Source: Malacoraja senta
Lineage: Eukaryota
Length of the DNA stretch: 40,927 nt
Direction: 5' to 3'
Assembly (NCBI GenBank): GCA_038087875.1
Contig: JAXLNO010000617.1
Span: 62,001 to 102,927, forward strand
A model generated the notes under the pieces. That model was not told the origin of the DNA. It did not search any database and was given only the letters and a program-made list of their open reading frames with translations. A program made the translations under genes and the position numbers. Of this stretch, positions 11,445-21,739 are shown piece after piece. The number at the start of each line of letters is the position of its first letter. Positions within the stretch are counted from its first letter, which is position 1.

Positions 11445-12215
11445 AGGAAGAAAACCAAGGAATGATTGTGGACTTTGGAAGGGGTAGGATGGGGACCCAC
11501 AGTCCCGTTTATATCAACGGGTTGATGGTCGAAAGGGTCAAGAGCTTCAAATTCCTGGGCGTGCACATCTCTGAAGATCTCTCCTGGTCCGAGAACACTG
11601 ATGCTATTATAATGTAAGCACATCAGCGCCTCTATTTCCTGAGAAGATTACGGAGAGTCGGTATGTCAAGGAGGACTCTCTCTTACTTCTAAAGGTGCAG
11701 AGTAGAGAGCTTGCTGACCGGTTGCATCGTGGCTTGGTTCGGCAACTTGAGTGCCCAGGAGCGAAAAAGACTACAAAAAGTTGTGACCACTGCCCAGTCC
11801 ATCATCGGCTCTGACCTCCCTACCATCGAGGGGATCTATCACAGTCGCTGCCTCAAAAAGGCTGGCAGCATCATCAATGACCCACATCATCCAGGCCACA
11901 CACTCATCTCCCCGCTACCTTCAGGTAGAAGGTACAGGAGCCTGAAGACTGCAACATCCAGGTTCAGGAATAGCTACTTCCCCACAGTCATCAGGCTATG
12001 AAACTCAACTCAAACAAAACTCTGAACATTAATAGTCCATTATCAGTTTATTTGCACTTTATCTGTTCTATTTATTCATGTGTGTATGTATTTATACAAT
12101 GGTATATGGACACACTGATCTGTTCTGTATTCATGCCTACTATATTCTGTTGTGCTGAAGCAAAGCAAGAATTTCATTGTCCTAACTGGGACACATGACA
12201 ATAAACTCTCTTGAA
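11445..12215 (+). mobile_element. Rex1/Babar-type LINE, 3' fragment
   Basis: FKFLGVHISEDLSW...LTGCIVAWFGN...DPHHPGH..LPSGRRYRS...SYFP, then a 3' UTR ending aataaactctcttgaat. Confidence 0.85.
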
Positions 12216-12734
12216 TGTTGAATGTTGAATCCAGCCATGATCGCATTAAATGGCGGTGCTGGATCGAGGGGCTGAATGGCCTACTCCTGCATCTATTGTC
12301 AATTGTCAAAGATCCTTTCTTTGAATCTGACAACGTTTTTTTCATCATAAAACATGAACTCACTTCTTTCCCTTTCCACGGATACTGCTTAAACGGCTGA
12401 GTATTTCTAACGTTTACAGTTCTTGTGCGCCTGGTTAGAGAGGATTGAAGCTGGAGGGCAATATCCACTCTGTTGTCAGCAATGCTCATTCAACCATTGT
12501 TCCAGGCTTAGACTATGATAGACATTTGTCCACTGTACAGTGGGAAGTATCACAGCTGAATCAGCTACTTTATCAACCAGCCATCAGCTTCCATCTCCTG
12601 CCTGAGAAATGTCAGCTGATTGTAACCAAGAAATAGAAACTTGTGTGAATGTTTACATTCTCTAACTGATGGCTACTGAGGCAAGTTGTGGCTCTCTAAT
12701 GTTTCTGAGTAAGGTCAATTAATCTGGAAAAAAA

Positions 12735-12927
12735 GACACAATGTGCTGGATTAACTCAACGGGTCAGGCGGAATCTCTGGAGAACATGGACAGGTGAGGT
12801 TTTGGATCTTGACCCTACTTCAGACTAAAGGGCTGCGACCCGAAATGTCACCTGCCTAACCTGCTGAGTTTCTCCAACGCTTTGTGTCTTTTATTGGTAA
12901 ACTCTCATCTGCAGTACCTTGTGTCTC
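12735..12927. mobile_element. Inverted pair of Penelope terminal fragments (MITE-like)
   Basis: gacacaatgtgctgga...cttcagact on the minus strand abuts aagggctgcgacccgaaatgtcacc...ctccaacgctttgtgtc on the plus strand. Confidence 0.55.
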
Positions 12928-13066
12928 AGTGAATCTGGATCACAAGTTAAACTCAAGACTTCTGATCTAAATTAGTCAGTGTGGTTAATGCCTGGTTTTT
13001 GGGGGAGCTTTTGAATGATGTCCATTTATTCTACAAATGTGAACTCTGTGTTTATTATTTTGACAG

Positions 13067-13174
13067 GGAATTATACTTTTATAATCAGATTTGTTGTAAT
13101 TATCGGAGGTCTGGCTATCCTCATCGTCATTATACTGGCAGTGGAGTTCTGTCAAAGAAAGCGCAAGCCTACAG
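13067..13174 (+). CDS. Transmembrane exon of the Ig receptor
   Basis: tttattattttgacAG acceptor, G|GTAAAG donor, phase 1-1. NYTFIIRFVVIIGGLAILIVIILAVEFCQRKRKPT is a hydrophobic helix followed by Cys and a basic stop-transfer cluster. Confidence 0.85.
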
Positions 13175-15132
13175 GTAAAGTACATGAAGACATCCTTAAT
13201 GCAGCACAGATTCCCCAAATTATCAATGACAATGTTATCTTTGTTACAAGGAGAAAAGAACAATATATTTTGGATAAGAAAAGTATCCGTTTGTGCTTAT
13301 GTTGTTGAGAAATTGATTTCAGACTTTTTGTGGTCAATTAAAGCATTATTTATGCAATGTGGATTGTCTACCTGTCTACCTGCGTTGCCATGAGGAGTCT
13401 GCTGTATGATTTCAGGTGCTGTTCTGCAATGATCTGACCACGTGGTGATTGTGTCACCATCCCCTGTGTAAACCATTATCAAATAAACATGCCAGAAGTT
13501 GAAGTATCGCTAGTGTAGTCATGTAGAAAATATGGTCTCCAATTTGCCCTCAATATGTTTCTATTTACTGAGGGATGAATATTGGCCAGGAAACCAGGAG
13601 ACCAAGGTATCTCCACTGCACTTTGGTGATTCACGTTCCAAAATCTATTGTGTCCCAAGAGGCCAGAAGGGGCCTCAGTTTAACAAATAATCTTTAATCT
13701 GGTGAGACCAATGCTGCAACAATCCCACATGGTAACACAGTGTTAGGTTCAACTGTGTGTTCAAATTTGCGGTTGTGCCTGAGGGTTTATTCTGTGTTGT
13801 TGAACAAACTGGTCAGACGGGTATCGGGCTTGTACAACAGTTCATCATGGTCACTGACACATGGAATACTCAGTTCTTAAATCTTCCCTTATATTTATAT
13901 AAATGAACATTTTTCCATTAAAAAATAAACCATTCCAATAACTGATCATTAGAAATATAAAATTACACATTGAATATATTAACTGTATGTACAATTATAA
14001 ATTCAGTTGCTCCTTTACTTGTCATCTTGACTTGTGAAAACTCTGCAGTGCAAAGATGCATTTGTCCATTCTCCAGATATTTTCAAATCTGCTAGATACC
14101 TCCACATGTTGGCCTTACCTCATTCATGGTCTCCTATGACCTTCCCACCCATGTTCTGTCCAGCAATGGCTCTATCGTGGAATCCATACCGTAACTCAAA
14201 TCCATGCTCATCCTGTGCCTCATATTCTCCATCACCATCTTCTTGGGCATCCTGTCCATGTAGCACGTGATCTATCCATGTAATTTGACTTCTGTCACTC
14301 ATTCCCATTATTGCACCACCATTTTATTCACAATATTTTTCCTGAACTGAATCCAAATTCTCGGATTATCAAATAGGATTTAAACCTGTGCTTCTGGACT
14401 ATTAATCTCAAAGAGTCTTGGATTAATATCCAGTTAACCTATGACAATCCAAAAGTACAATAAAATAAGCAAACTAAATAATGTACCCATTAACAGGAGT
14501 CAGCACAACACATTTGAAAGTAAGTTGGAGAGAAACACATCACCAATTCTGAATCTGGTAATGTTGGGAAAAATTAATTACATATTGTGTTTATCATATT
14601 TGTGGAAAACGGAGTTAATGGAATCTCTATTGTGTTTTGTTCAATGTGTGAAATTAAATTGTGTAAAACGATGAGGGGAATAGATAGAGTGAGTGTGCAG
14701 AGGCTTTGACCCAGTATAAAGTAATCAAAAACTAGAAGACATAGGTCTGTTGAGATGAACCTGAGTGGCAGCTTTTTCACGTTGGTTAGGGATCGACTAC
14801 GGGAGCTCCAAGCCACAGGAGCTTCGACCGCCCTGACCTGGGGGCTTCAATCGTCAGCTGCGGGAGCTTCTATCATCCCGACTGCGAATGGTTCGACTGC
14901 CCCGACCGCGGGAGAATAAAGAGTGAAGAAGATTAGACTTTATTACCTTCCGTCACAGTGAGGAATGTGGAGAATCCAATGTGGTGGATGTGTATATTAA
15001 CTTTTCTGTAGTTGTGTGTCTTGTTGCTTTTTCTAGTATGACTATGATAAATTGAGTTTAATTGTACCTTAATTGGTGCACATGACAATAAAATACATTT
15101 GAATCTTTGGAGAAGAAAGGTTAAGGCCATGG

Positions 15133-15359
15133 TGTAGCAGCGCCTGCTGGCGCACGTAGATATCGAACCCGGCGTTGGGAAGCCGCGGTCACGTGACTCG
15201 GGAGGGGCTGCTGTTTTCGTGCGGTTTCGTTTTGGCGCCGCAGTTGTTTTGCTGAACACCGTTGTGATCAGACGTGTATGCAGAGACCTGTTTGCTAAGG
15301 AGCGAGTGTTCAATAAAAACCGTTCAGAAAACATAGTCGTCGTTTCTGCATCCGCTAAA
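15133..15359 (+). mobile_element. Solo LTR (Gypsy-like) inserted in a decayed CR1 3' end
   Basis: Termini TGTAGCAG...CCGCTAAA (imperfect inverted repeat), internal AATAAA, and a 4-bp TSD ATGG at 15129-15132 and 15360-15363. Confidence 0.7.
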
Positions 15360-15518
15360 ATGGGTCAACTTCAGGCACATGGGACTAGCTTGGATGGGGC
15401 AACTTGGATGGTATAGACTAGTTGAGCCAAAGGACATGGTTCTTTGCTGTATGACTCTATGACTCTTTGACTTTATAAAAGGTGAAAACAATTTAAATTG
15501 TGCCCTCTCTCTGAACAG

Positions 15519-15586
15519 GTTTGGGCAATCAAAGACAGACAGCTCCACCATCAAAAAGAAACACAGAAAGTGAATCTCAACTTTAA
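15519..15586 (+). CDS. Candidate cytoplasmic-tail exon
   Basis: Strong acceptor tgccctctctctgaacAG. In phase 1 it reads GLGNQRQTAPPSKRNTESESQL* (TAA 15584-15586), hydrophilic, in apparently non-repeat sequence. Confidence 0.5.
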
Positions 15587-15618
15587 GGCAACCTTGAAGA
15601 AATTCAGCAGATGGCAGG

Positions 15619-16102
15619 TGTAGTGGCCATTTGGCCTGTTTTACATGTCACTGATGATGGCACGTGTCTTTAAATTTTAGACTGCCCGTTGTATTGTGGG
15701 GGGGATTTATGACGTGTTTTTGGGCGTGTTTGGAACTTAGATGCTTGCGCAGAAGTCTAGTTTTTAGATTAGTTTGGAGAGACGACGGAGAAGGTCAAAC
15801 CTTCGACCATGTCAATGTTACGGAGACACGAGGAGTTTTGTAATGTTTAAAGATGCAAGTTGGAATGGAAGGAAGATTGCAGTAACGAGTCGGAAGAAAC
15901 TTGGATGTATCTTGCTGTTTACCATCAACAATAAAGCATTTATTCAACAAAAGACTGTGTGTTGAAGCTTTATGAGTGAAGAGGCTCTGAAGGTCTCTGA
16001 GAAAGCTTGCATGCGTATCGAAGATATTCCCCTTATCCATTCTCATCCAAATAGCGGCTAGAGAATTTGTTTCTCAAAAGATAAGAAAAATCTGCCGTTA
16101 CA
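15619..16102 (+). repeat. 5' LTR (484 bp)
   Basis: TGTAGTGGC...GCCGTTACA with AATAAA inside. About 26 differences from the 3' LTR by manual count (~5%). Confidence 0.95.
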
Positions 16103-16105
16103 ATG

Positions 16106-16389
16106 TCGAAGGGAACCTCCGGCAGGGGGTTAAATACTAGTCCCAGAGAGTGGGACAGACGATTAAATCGAAGGGATCCTCCGGCAGGGGGTTAAATACT
16201 AGTCCCAGAGAGTGGGACAGAAGATTAAATCGAAGGGAACCTCCGGCAGGGGATAAATACTAGTCCCAGAGATTGGGACAGAAGATTAAATCGAAGGGAA
16301 CCTCCGGCAGGGGGGTTAAATACTAGTCCCAGAGATTGGGACAGAAGATTAAGTCGAAGGGAACCTCCGGCTGGTGGGTTAAATACTAG
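16106..16389. repeat. 61-63-bp tandem repeat, ~4.6 copies, directly after the 5' LTR
   Basis: Units start at 16106, 16168, 16230, 16291 and 16354. Full units contain the hairpin GTCCCA-gaga(g/t)-TGGGAC. Confidence 0.95.
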
Positions 16390-18595
16390 AAAGGGACATT
16401 GAGGGTGGTCTTTGACTGTGCTGCAGTCTTTAAAGGTACATCGCTTAACAGTGAACTACTCCAAGGTCCAGACCTTACCAACTCACTAATTGGAGTTCTC
16501 ATCAAATTTAGGCAAGAACCGATTGCTTTAATGGCTGACATCAGATCGATGTTTCATCAAGTGAAAGTAGCTGTTGAACATATTGATTACCTGCGATTCT
16601 TATTGTGGCCTGAAGGGGATGTGCAGCAAGATCTTGTTGATTACCGGATGAAAGTACATCTCTTTGGAGCCGTGTCATCTCCAAGTTGTGCGAACTTGAC
16701 TTTAAGGAAGACCGCAGAGGATAATAAACATTATTTCCCAGAGGAGGTAATTTCCACTTTGAAAAATAATTTCTACGTGGACGATTGCCTAAAATCCATA
16801 TCTACTGAGCAGAAGGCAATTCAAATGGTAAAACACCTGACCTCTGTCTGCAATAAGGAAGGATTTGTACTTTCCAAGTGGATCAGCAACAATCGTGTTG
16901 TATTGGAAAGCATTCCACCAGATGACAGAGCTGAAGAAACCAAGGAGTTGGATTTAGTTAAAGACAATTTGCCAATGGAAAGGGCACTGGGACTGCACTG
17001 GTGCGTGGAAACGGATGTGTTTAAGTTTAAATTGTCGATTCAGGAGCGACCATGTACAAGAAGGGGTATCTTTTCTGTGATTGGCTCAGTATACGACCCT
17101 ATGGAAATTCTTGCACCATTTACACTGCCAACCAAGTTAATTTTACATGGAAAACTTGGATGGGATGAGAGTATAACTCAAACATCCTCGCACCGTTGGA
17201 CAGAATGGTTAATGGACCTCCATAAAATTTCAAAGTTTAAGGTGGATCGGTGCATAAAGCCTAAAAACTTTGGTAAGATCAGAAGTGCACAATTGCATCA
17301 TTTTTCGGATGCCAGTGAAAGTGGTTACGGGACTGTTTCATATTTAAGACTGCAAAATGTTAACAAAAGAGTGCATGTTGCATTCTTACTGGGAAAAGCC
17401 AGAGTGGCACCACTGAAACAAATGACGATTCCCAGAATGGAACTTACAGTAGCAGTCTTAGCTGTTAAAATTGACATAATGCTGCAAAAGGAACTACAAT
17501 TTCAACTGGAAGAATCTATCTTCTGGACCGGTAGCACTACGGTTCTGAAATACTTCAATAATGAAAACAAACGCTTTATGACATTTGTAGCAAATAGAGT
17601 CTCCTTTGTATTGGGAGCTACTAATGTTTCTCAATGGAGATATGTTAGCACCAAAGAAAATCCTGCTGACAAAGCCTCTAGAGGACTAACAGCAAATTGC
17701 TTTCTAAATAACAGGAGATAGATCAATGGGCCCAAGTTTCTTTGTGAACCAAGCAGAGAATGACCAAAGCTTCAACTCGGATTTGAAATCTCTGTAAATG
17801 ATTCGAAAATTAAACAAAACATTTCGGTGAATGTGATTGCTAAAGACTCATATGACACCGTGAACAATTTAATTACCCACTTTTTCATCATGGAATAAAT
17901 TGATAACTTCGGTAGCCTGGTTTCTTAAAATAAAAATAAGATTATTGCTGGTGGCTCGGGAAATGAGACAAATTACAGAGAGTATCCTGGGAGAGAATCC
18001 TGATAAACGGAAAGGAGAGATTGAAGGCCAGATGCAAGTTTTTGAAGCTTCATATGCCGTACAGGATTTACATCTTGATGATGTCCTCAAGGCGGAAAAT
18101 GCGATCATTTCTTTCTGTCAAAGACAGAAATACAAAGAAGAAATATTAACATTGGAAGCTGGAGGACAGGGGGTAAAAAGAAACAGTCAATTGTACAAGC
18201 TCGACCCAGTCTGGGAGGAAGGTCTTCTGTGGATGGGTGATCGCCTAAACAAATTGGCAATGCCCATAAAAACTAAACGTCCTATCATTCTCTCAAAGGA
18301 CTTTTACACAACTACATTATTTGTACGACATATTCATGAACAAGTTGGACATGGAGGAAGAAATTATATGTTATCCCAACTTGGTAAAAAATATTGGGTT
18401 ATCAAGGCTGACTCTGCAGCATCACGAGGTTCTTGGTTGATGAGAAGAGTACTAGAAATCATGCCTGACGTTCGGGGTTTGGTGCGTATGGTACGTCTTA
18501 AAACAATAAACAATGTTTTAATAAGACCAATAACCAAGTTGTGTTTGCTTCTAGAAGGCGAAGGTGAAGATGGAAGAGTCGATGAAGAGCCATGA
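16390..18595 (+). pseudogene. pol: BEL/Pao pol remnant (RT, RNase H, partial integrase)
   Basis: ORFs 16399-17721 and 17900-18595 are separated by stops and a frameshift. Gag/protease are absent. The integrase N-terminal His motif (HEQVGH) is joined near 18420 directly to the C-terminal RGSW..RV..GLVR..RPITKLCLL segment. Confidence 0.9.
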
Positions 18596-18623
18596 TTGCG
18601 GATATATAGTGCATGCTATTTTT

Positions 18624-18698
18624 TCCTCGTTAGTATCGTGTTTAGTATCCCTGCCTGTCACGCGTTAGACCGGGGTTCAATTTCCCGACAAGGAGCCA
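18624..18698 (+). tRNA. tRNA-Asp(GTC) pseudogene copy ending in CCA, inside the BEL 3' UTR
   Basis: tcctcgttagtatcgtgtttagtatccctgcctGTCacgcgttagaccggggttcaatttcccgacaaggag+CCA. The 72 nt are colinear with vertebrate tRNA-Asp as I recall it (~10 substitutions). Anticodon at 18657-18659; anticodon stem partly unpaired. Confidence 0.9.
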
Positions 18699-18813
18699 CA
18701 GGGTTTAATTCCCTGACCTTTTGCTTTTGATATGTGTTAAGCCTTTATGGCCACTTTTTTAAAGTTTATTAGTAATTGCCTCGTTAGATACTCGGAACAA
18801 TTAGGGACCGGTA

Positions 18814-19296
18814 TGTAGTGGCCATTTGGACTGTTTTGCATGTCATGGATGATGGCATGTGCCTTTAAATTTTAGACTGCCCGTTATATTGTGGGTGGGA
18901 TTTATGACGTGTTTTGGGGCGTGTTTGGAGCTTAGATGCTTGCGCAGAAGTCTAGTTTTTAGATTAGTTTGGAGAGACGATGGAGAAGGTCAATCCTTCG
19001 ACCATGTCAATGTTACGGAGACACGAGAAGTTTTGTAATGTTTAAAGTTGCAAGTTGGAATTGAAGGAAGATTGCAGTAACGAGTCGGGAGAAACTTGGA
19101 TGTATCTTGCTATTTACCATCAACAATAAAGCATTTATTCAACAAAGGACTGTGTGTTGAAGCTTTATGAGTGAAGAAGCTCTGAATGTCTCTGAGGAAG
19201 CTTGCATGCGTATCGAAGATATTCCCCTTATCCATTCTCATCCAAATAGCGGCTAGAGAACTCGTTTCTCGAAAGATAAAAAAATCTGCCGCTACA
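18814..19296 (+). repeat. 3' LTR (483 bp)
   Basis: Direct repeat of 15619-16102; TGTAGTGGC...GCCGCTACA. Confidence 0.95.
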
Positions 19297-19615
19297 CCGA
19301 TGTTGGGTGAGTCCAGAACCAGGGCCCACTGTTTAAGAATAACGTGTAAGCCATTTAGAACGTAGTTGATGAAACACTTTTTCTCACAGAGAGTTGTGAG
19401 TCTGTGGAATTCTCTGCCTCAGAGGGCGGTGGAGGCAGGTTCTCTGGATGCTTTCTAGAGAGAGCTAGATAGGACTCTTAAAGTTAGCGGAGTCAGGCGA
19501 TATGGGCAGAAGGCAGGAACGGGGTACTGATTGTGAATGATCAGCCATGATCACATTTAATGGCGGTGCTGGCTCGAAGGGCCGAATGGCCTACTCCTGC
19601 ACCTATTGTCTATTG
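19297..19615 (+). mobile_element. CR1 LINE 3' end
   Basis: ccgatgttgggtgagtccagaacc...ggccgaatggcctactcctgcac followed by a (CTATTGT)n tail. Confidence 0.9.
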
Positions 19616-20272
19616 TAGGATAACAAAGTAGTCGAAGTGTTTACAATACATTCGGCATTTCTGATCCGTTTAAATTCAGATGACATGACGTTCCATTTGG
19701 CTCCAGTTTCGATCTTTACAACAGTAATGGTGTTGTTGACATGAAGTGAAACTTCAGGGTTGAGTTGCTTGTTAGTGGAAGCAACCAGGGAGTTTATGTT
19801 ATGGCTGCTATCATCATGTTCAGGGAGTAGAGCTGGAGGTGGCGCTGCTAGCTCTTGGTACTTGCTATCAGCAGCTTCATGTTTTAACCAGTGTACAGAC
19901 TGCCTTGGGAGTGATCGGATTCCACGAGTACTGCAACATTTTGAGAAATTATTTCTTCTTTTACAAAAATGGCATATTTTTCCGAGAGCAAAGCAAAGTT
20001 TGCGATCTGCAGGGTGGGAGCCGCTACAGTTAGAACACTTTCCAATAATCTTTGAGATTGTCGAGATGATGTGTGGGGTTGTGAGCGCTGGTTACGGTAG
20101 GAAGTGTCGATAGCATCGACATGGTATGAGGAGTGCGGTCCGGGTCCCAATGACCTGGTGTGAGAGGTCATGATCTCATTAATACGACAAGCATGTTCAG
20201 CTCGGGCAAGTGTCACTTCAGTATCACAAAGTAATTCATCGCATAATTTATCACTGAAAATTCCAACCAGAG
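19616..20272 (-). mobile_element. Gypsy/Ty3 gag-protease relic
   Basis: Minus-strand translation: GIFSDKLCDELLCDTEVTLARAEHACR (gag), KCSNCSGSHPADRKLCFALGKICHFCKRRNNFSKCC (double zinc knuckle) and VKIETGAKWNVM (decayed DTGA protease site, 19699-19713). Confidence 0.8.
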
Positions 20273-20634
20273 GCTGCGGACCGAGCATCAAAAATGTGTC
20301 GTGAAATCCATTTTCGTGACCCACGTCACGGAACTACATGAAATTTTCCACAGATTTAGATGAAATATAATTGAGAAGGAACTCATAACTCATCAGTGCC
20401 AAAAGTTGCACATTAATTAATTAAACTAATTAGAAAATGAGATCTGGAAAGTAAGCGCCACCTAATGGCCAATGCCCATATTACACCATGGGCAGCCTAT
20501 TTCCGTGTTGCAGTCGATTTAAACTATATATTATACCTATATATATATGACTTGTAAATATGACTGTATATAATTATATTATATAAAAAATAATATGATG
20601 AATATAACTGTGAGTGTTTTTTAATGACACTGTC

Positions 20635-21005
20635 GCAGAGGTCCTGCTCCTGAACCAGCCTAATTAATGGGTGAGTGCAGTTCTTGTGGGTTCCTCCCTT
20701 TACTGAACCCCACTGACTGCCAGTGTGCAGAGTGGGGGTCACGGCCATAGTGGGACTGGGGCAGTTCCAGGCTGGGGGACAGCCCTGCAAGGCATCTTCC
20801 AGTCGCTTTAATAGGAAATGTAATGAGACTGCAGCAGAGGTCCCAGGTTTTAAGGGCTCATGAACCTGCCTAATTAAAGGGTCAGGACAGATCCTCTGGG
20901 TTCCGCCGTTTACTGAACCCCACTGACTGCCATAGTGGGGAGGGTGGGGGTAACGGCCATAGTGGGACTGGGGCAGTGCCAGGCTGGGGGACAGACCTGT
21001 AAGAG
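20635..21005. repeat. Diverged tandem dimer, ~200-bp period
   Basis: gcagaggtcc...tttactgaaccccactgactgcca...acggccatagtgggactggggcagt.ccaggctgggggacag occurs twice. Confidence 0.85.
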
Positions 21006-21062
21006 ACCTGTCTTATTTCTGATGTAAATGCCACATCCTGACCAAGAATCGAATGATCTGAT

Positions 21063-21728
21063 GTTTTACCCCAGACCGGGTTTATTCCGCTCCCCTGTGT
21101 GTTTATAACATTATTTACCTCAGTTTTACCGGGTTTAATTTGGTCCCCTGTCTGTTTGTAACATTATTTACCTCAGTTTTACCACAGACCGGGTTTATTC
21201 AAGATTCAAGAGAGTTTATTGTCGTGTGTCCCAGATAGGACAATGAAATTCTTGCTTTGCTTCAGCACAACAGAATATAGACGGCATGAATACAGAACAG
21301 ATCAGTGTATCCATATACCATTGTATAAATATATACACACATGTATAAATAAAACAGATAAAGTGCAAATAAAGTGATAATGGGCTATTAATGTTCAGAG
21401 TTTTGTTTGAGTTGAGTTCAATATCCTGATGGCTGTGGGGCTGTGTGTGTATTTTGTTCCCGTGTGTGTTTATACCATCATTTACCCCAGTTTTACCACA
21501 GACCGGGTTTATTCCGCTCCCCTGTGTGTTTCTAATATTATTTACTGTATTATACTGTATTATAACATTAGTTACTGTCACTGTATGTCATGTTGTTACT
21601 TGTGGGCGGAGCACCAAGGCAAATTCCTTGTATGTGAATACTTGGCCAATAAACTTACTTAACCTCAGTTTTACCCCAGACCGGGTTTATTTTGTTCCCC
21701 TGTGTGTTTATAACATTATTTACCCCAG
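21063..21728. repeat. ~61-bp minisatellite interrupted by LINE 3' ends
   Basis: Unit cagttttacc(c/a)cagaccgggtttatt...cccctgtgtgtttataacattatttacc recurs about 5-6 times. A Rex-type 3' end lies on the minus strand at ~21199-21438. Confidence 0.85.
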
Positions 21729-21739
21729 CCCAGTGACTA

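Larger units (their letters stand above)
1023..15586 (+). pseudogene. Multi-Ig-domain (at least 6) type I membrane receptor gene with CD4/LAG-3/G6F-like V-C2 repeats; 5' end (leader) not seen; probably disabled
   Basis: Six Ig exons plus a TM exon. All have AG acceptors after pyrimidine tracts, are phase 1-1 and have lengths divisible by 3 (342, 261, 345, 273, 339, 270, 108 nt). Lesions: TAG at 1610-1612 and donor GT>GG at 8646-8647. The end coordinate depends on the candidate tail exon. Confidence 0.75.
15619..19296 (+). mobile_element. BEL/Pao LTR retrotransposon, internally deleted and non-autonomous
   Basis: Two TG...CA LTRs flank a pol remnant with [39 protein letters not shown] and ARVAPLK..TIPRMEL. 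A purine-rich PPT-like stretch precedes the 3' LTR. Confidence 0.95.

Noticed and set aside
1023..13174. Calling the gene CD4 or LAG3
   Set aside because: It has more than four domains, no split D1 exon and no firmly linked CxC or LAG-3-type tail; orthology cannot be set without synteny and phylogeny.
13416..14270. Alternative tail exons (GAVLQ* at ~13416; DIFKSARY... at ~14077)
   Set aside because: Their acceptors are weaker or their composition implausible compared with the 15519 candidate; not excluded without RNA data.
16103..16123. Post-LTR sequence as a PBS complementary to the element's own tRNA-Asp
   Set aside because: Only short patches match (tgtcg, gaacc, ccgg) and the TGG complement of CCA is missing; too weak to call.
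16106..16389. CRISPR-like look of the hairpin-containing repeat array
   Set aside because: The units are contiguous with no unique spacers, there are no cas genes, and the context is a eukaryotic LTR element.
19615..19683. GTAGG as a degenerate TSD or splice donor continuing the receptor tail (SVYNTF)
   Set aside because: This sequence is the antisense of the Gypsy protease relic (TTLLSY), so it is not host exon sequence.
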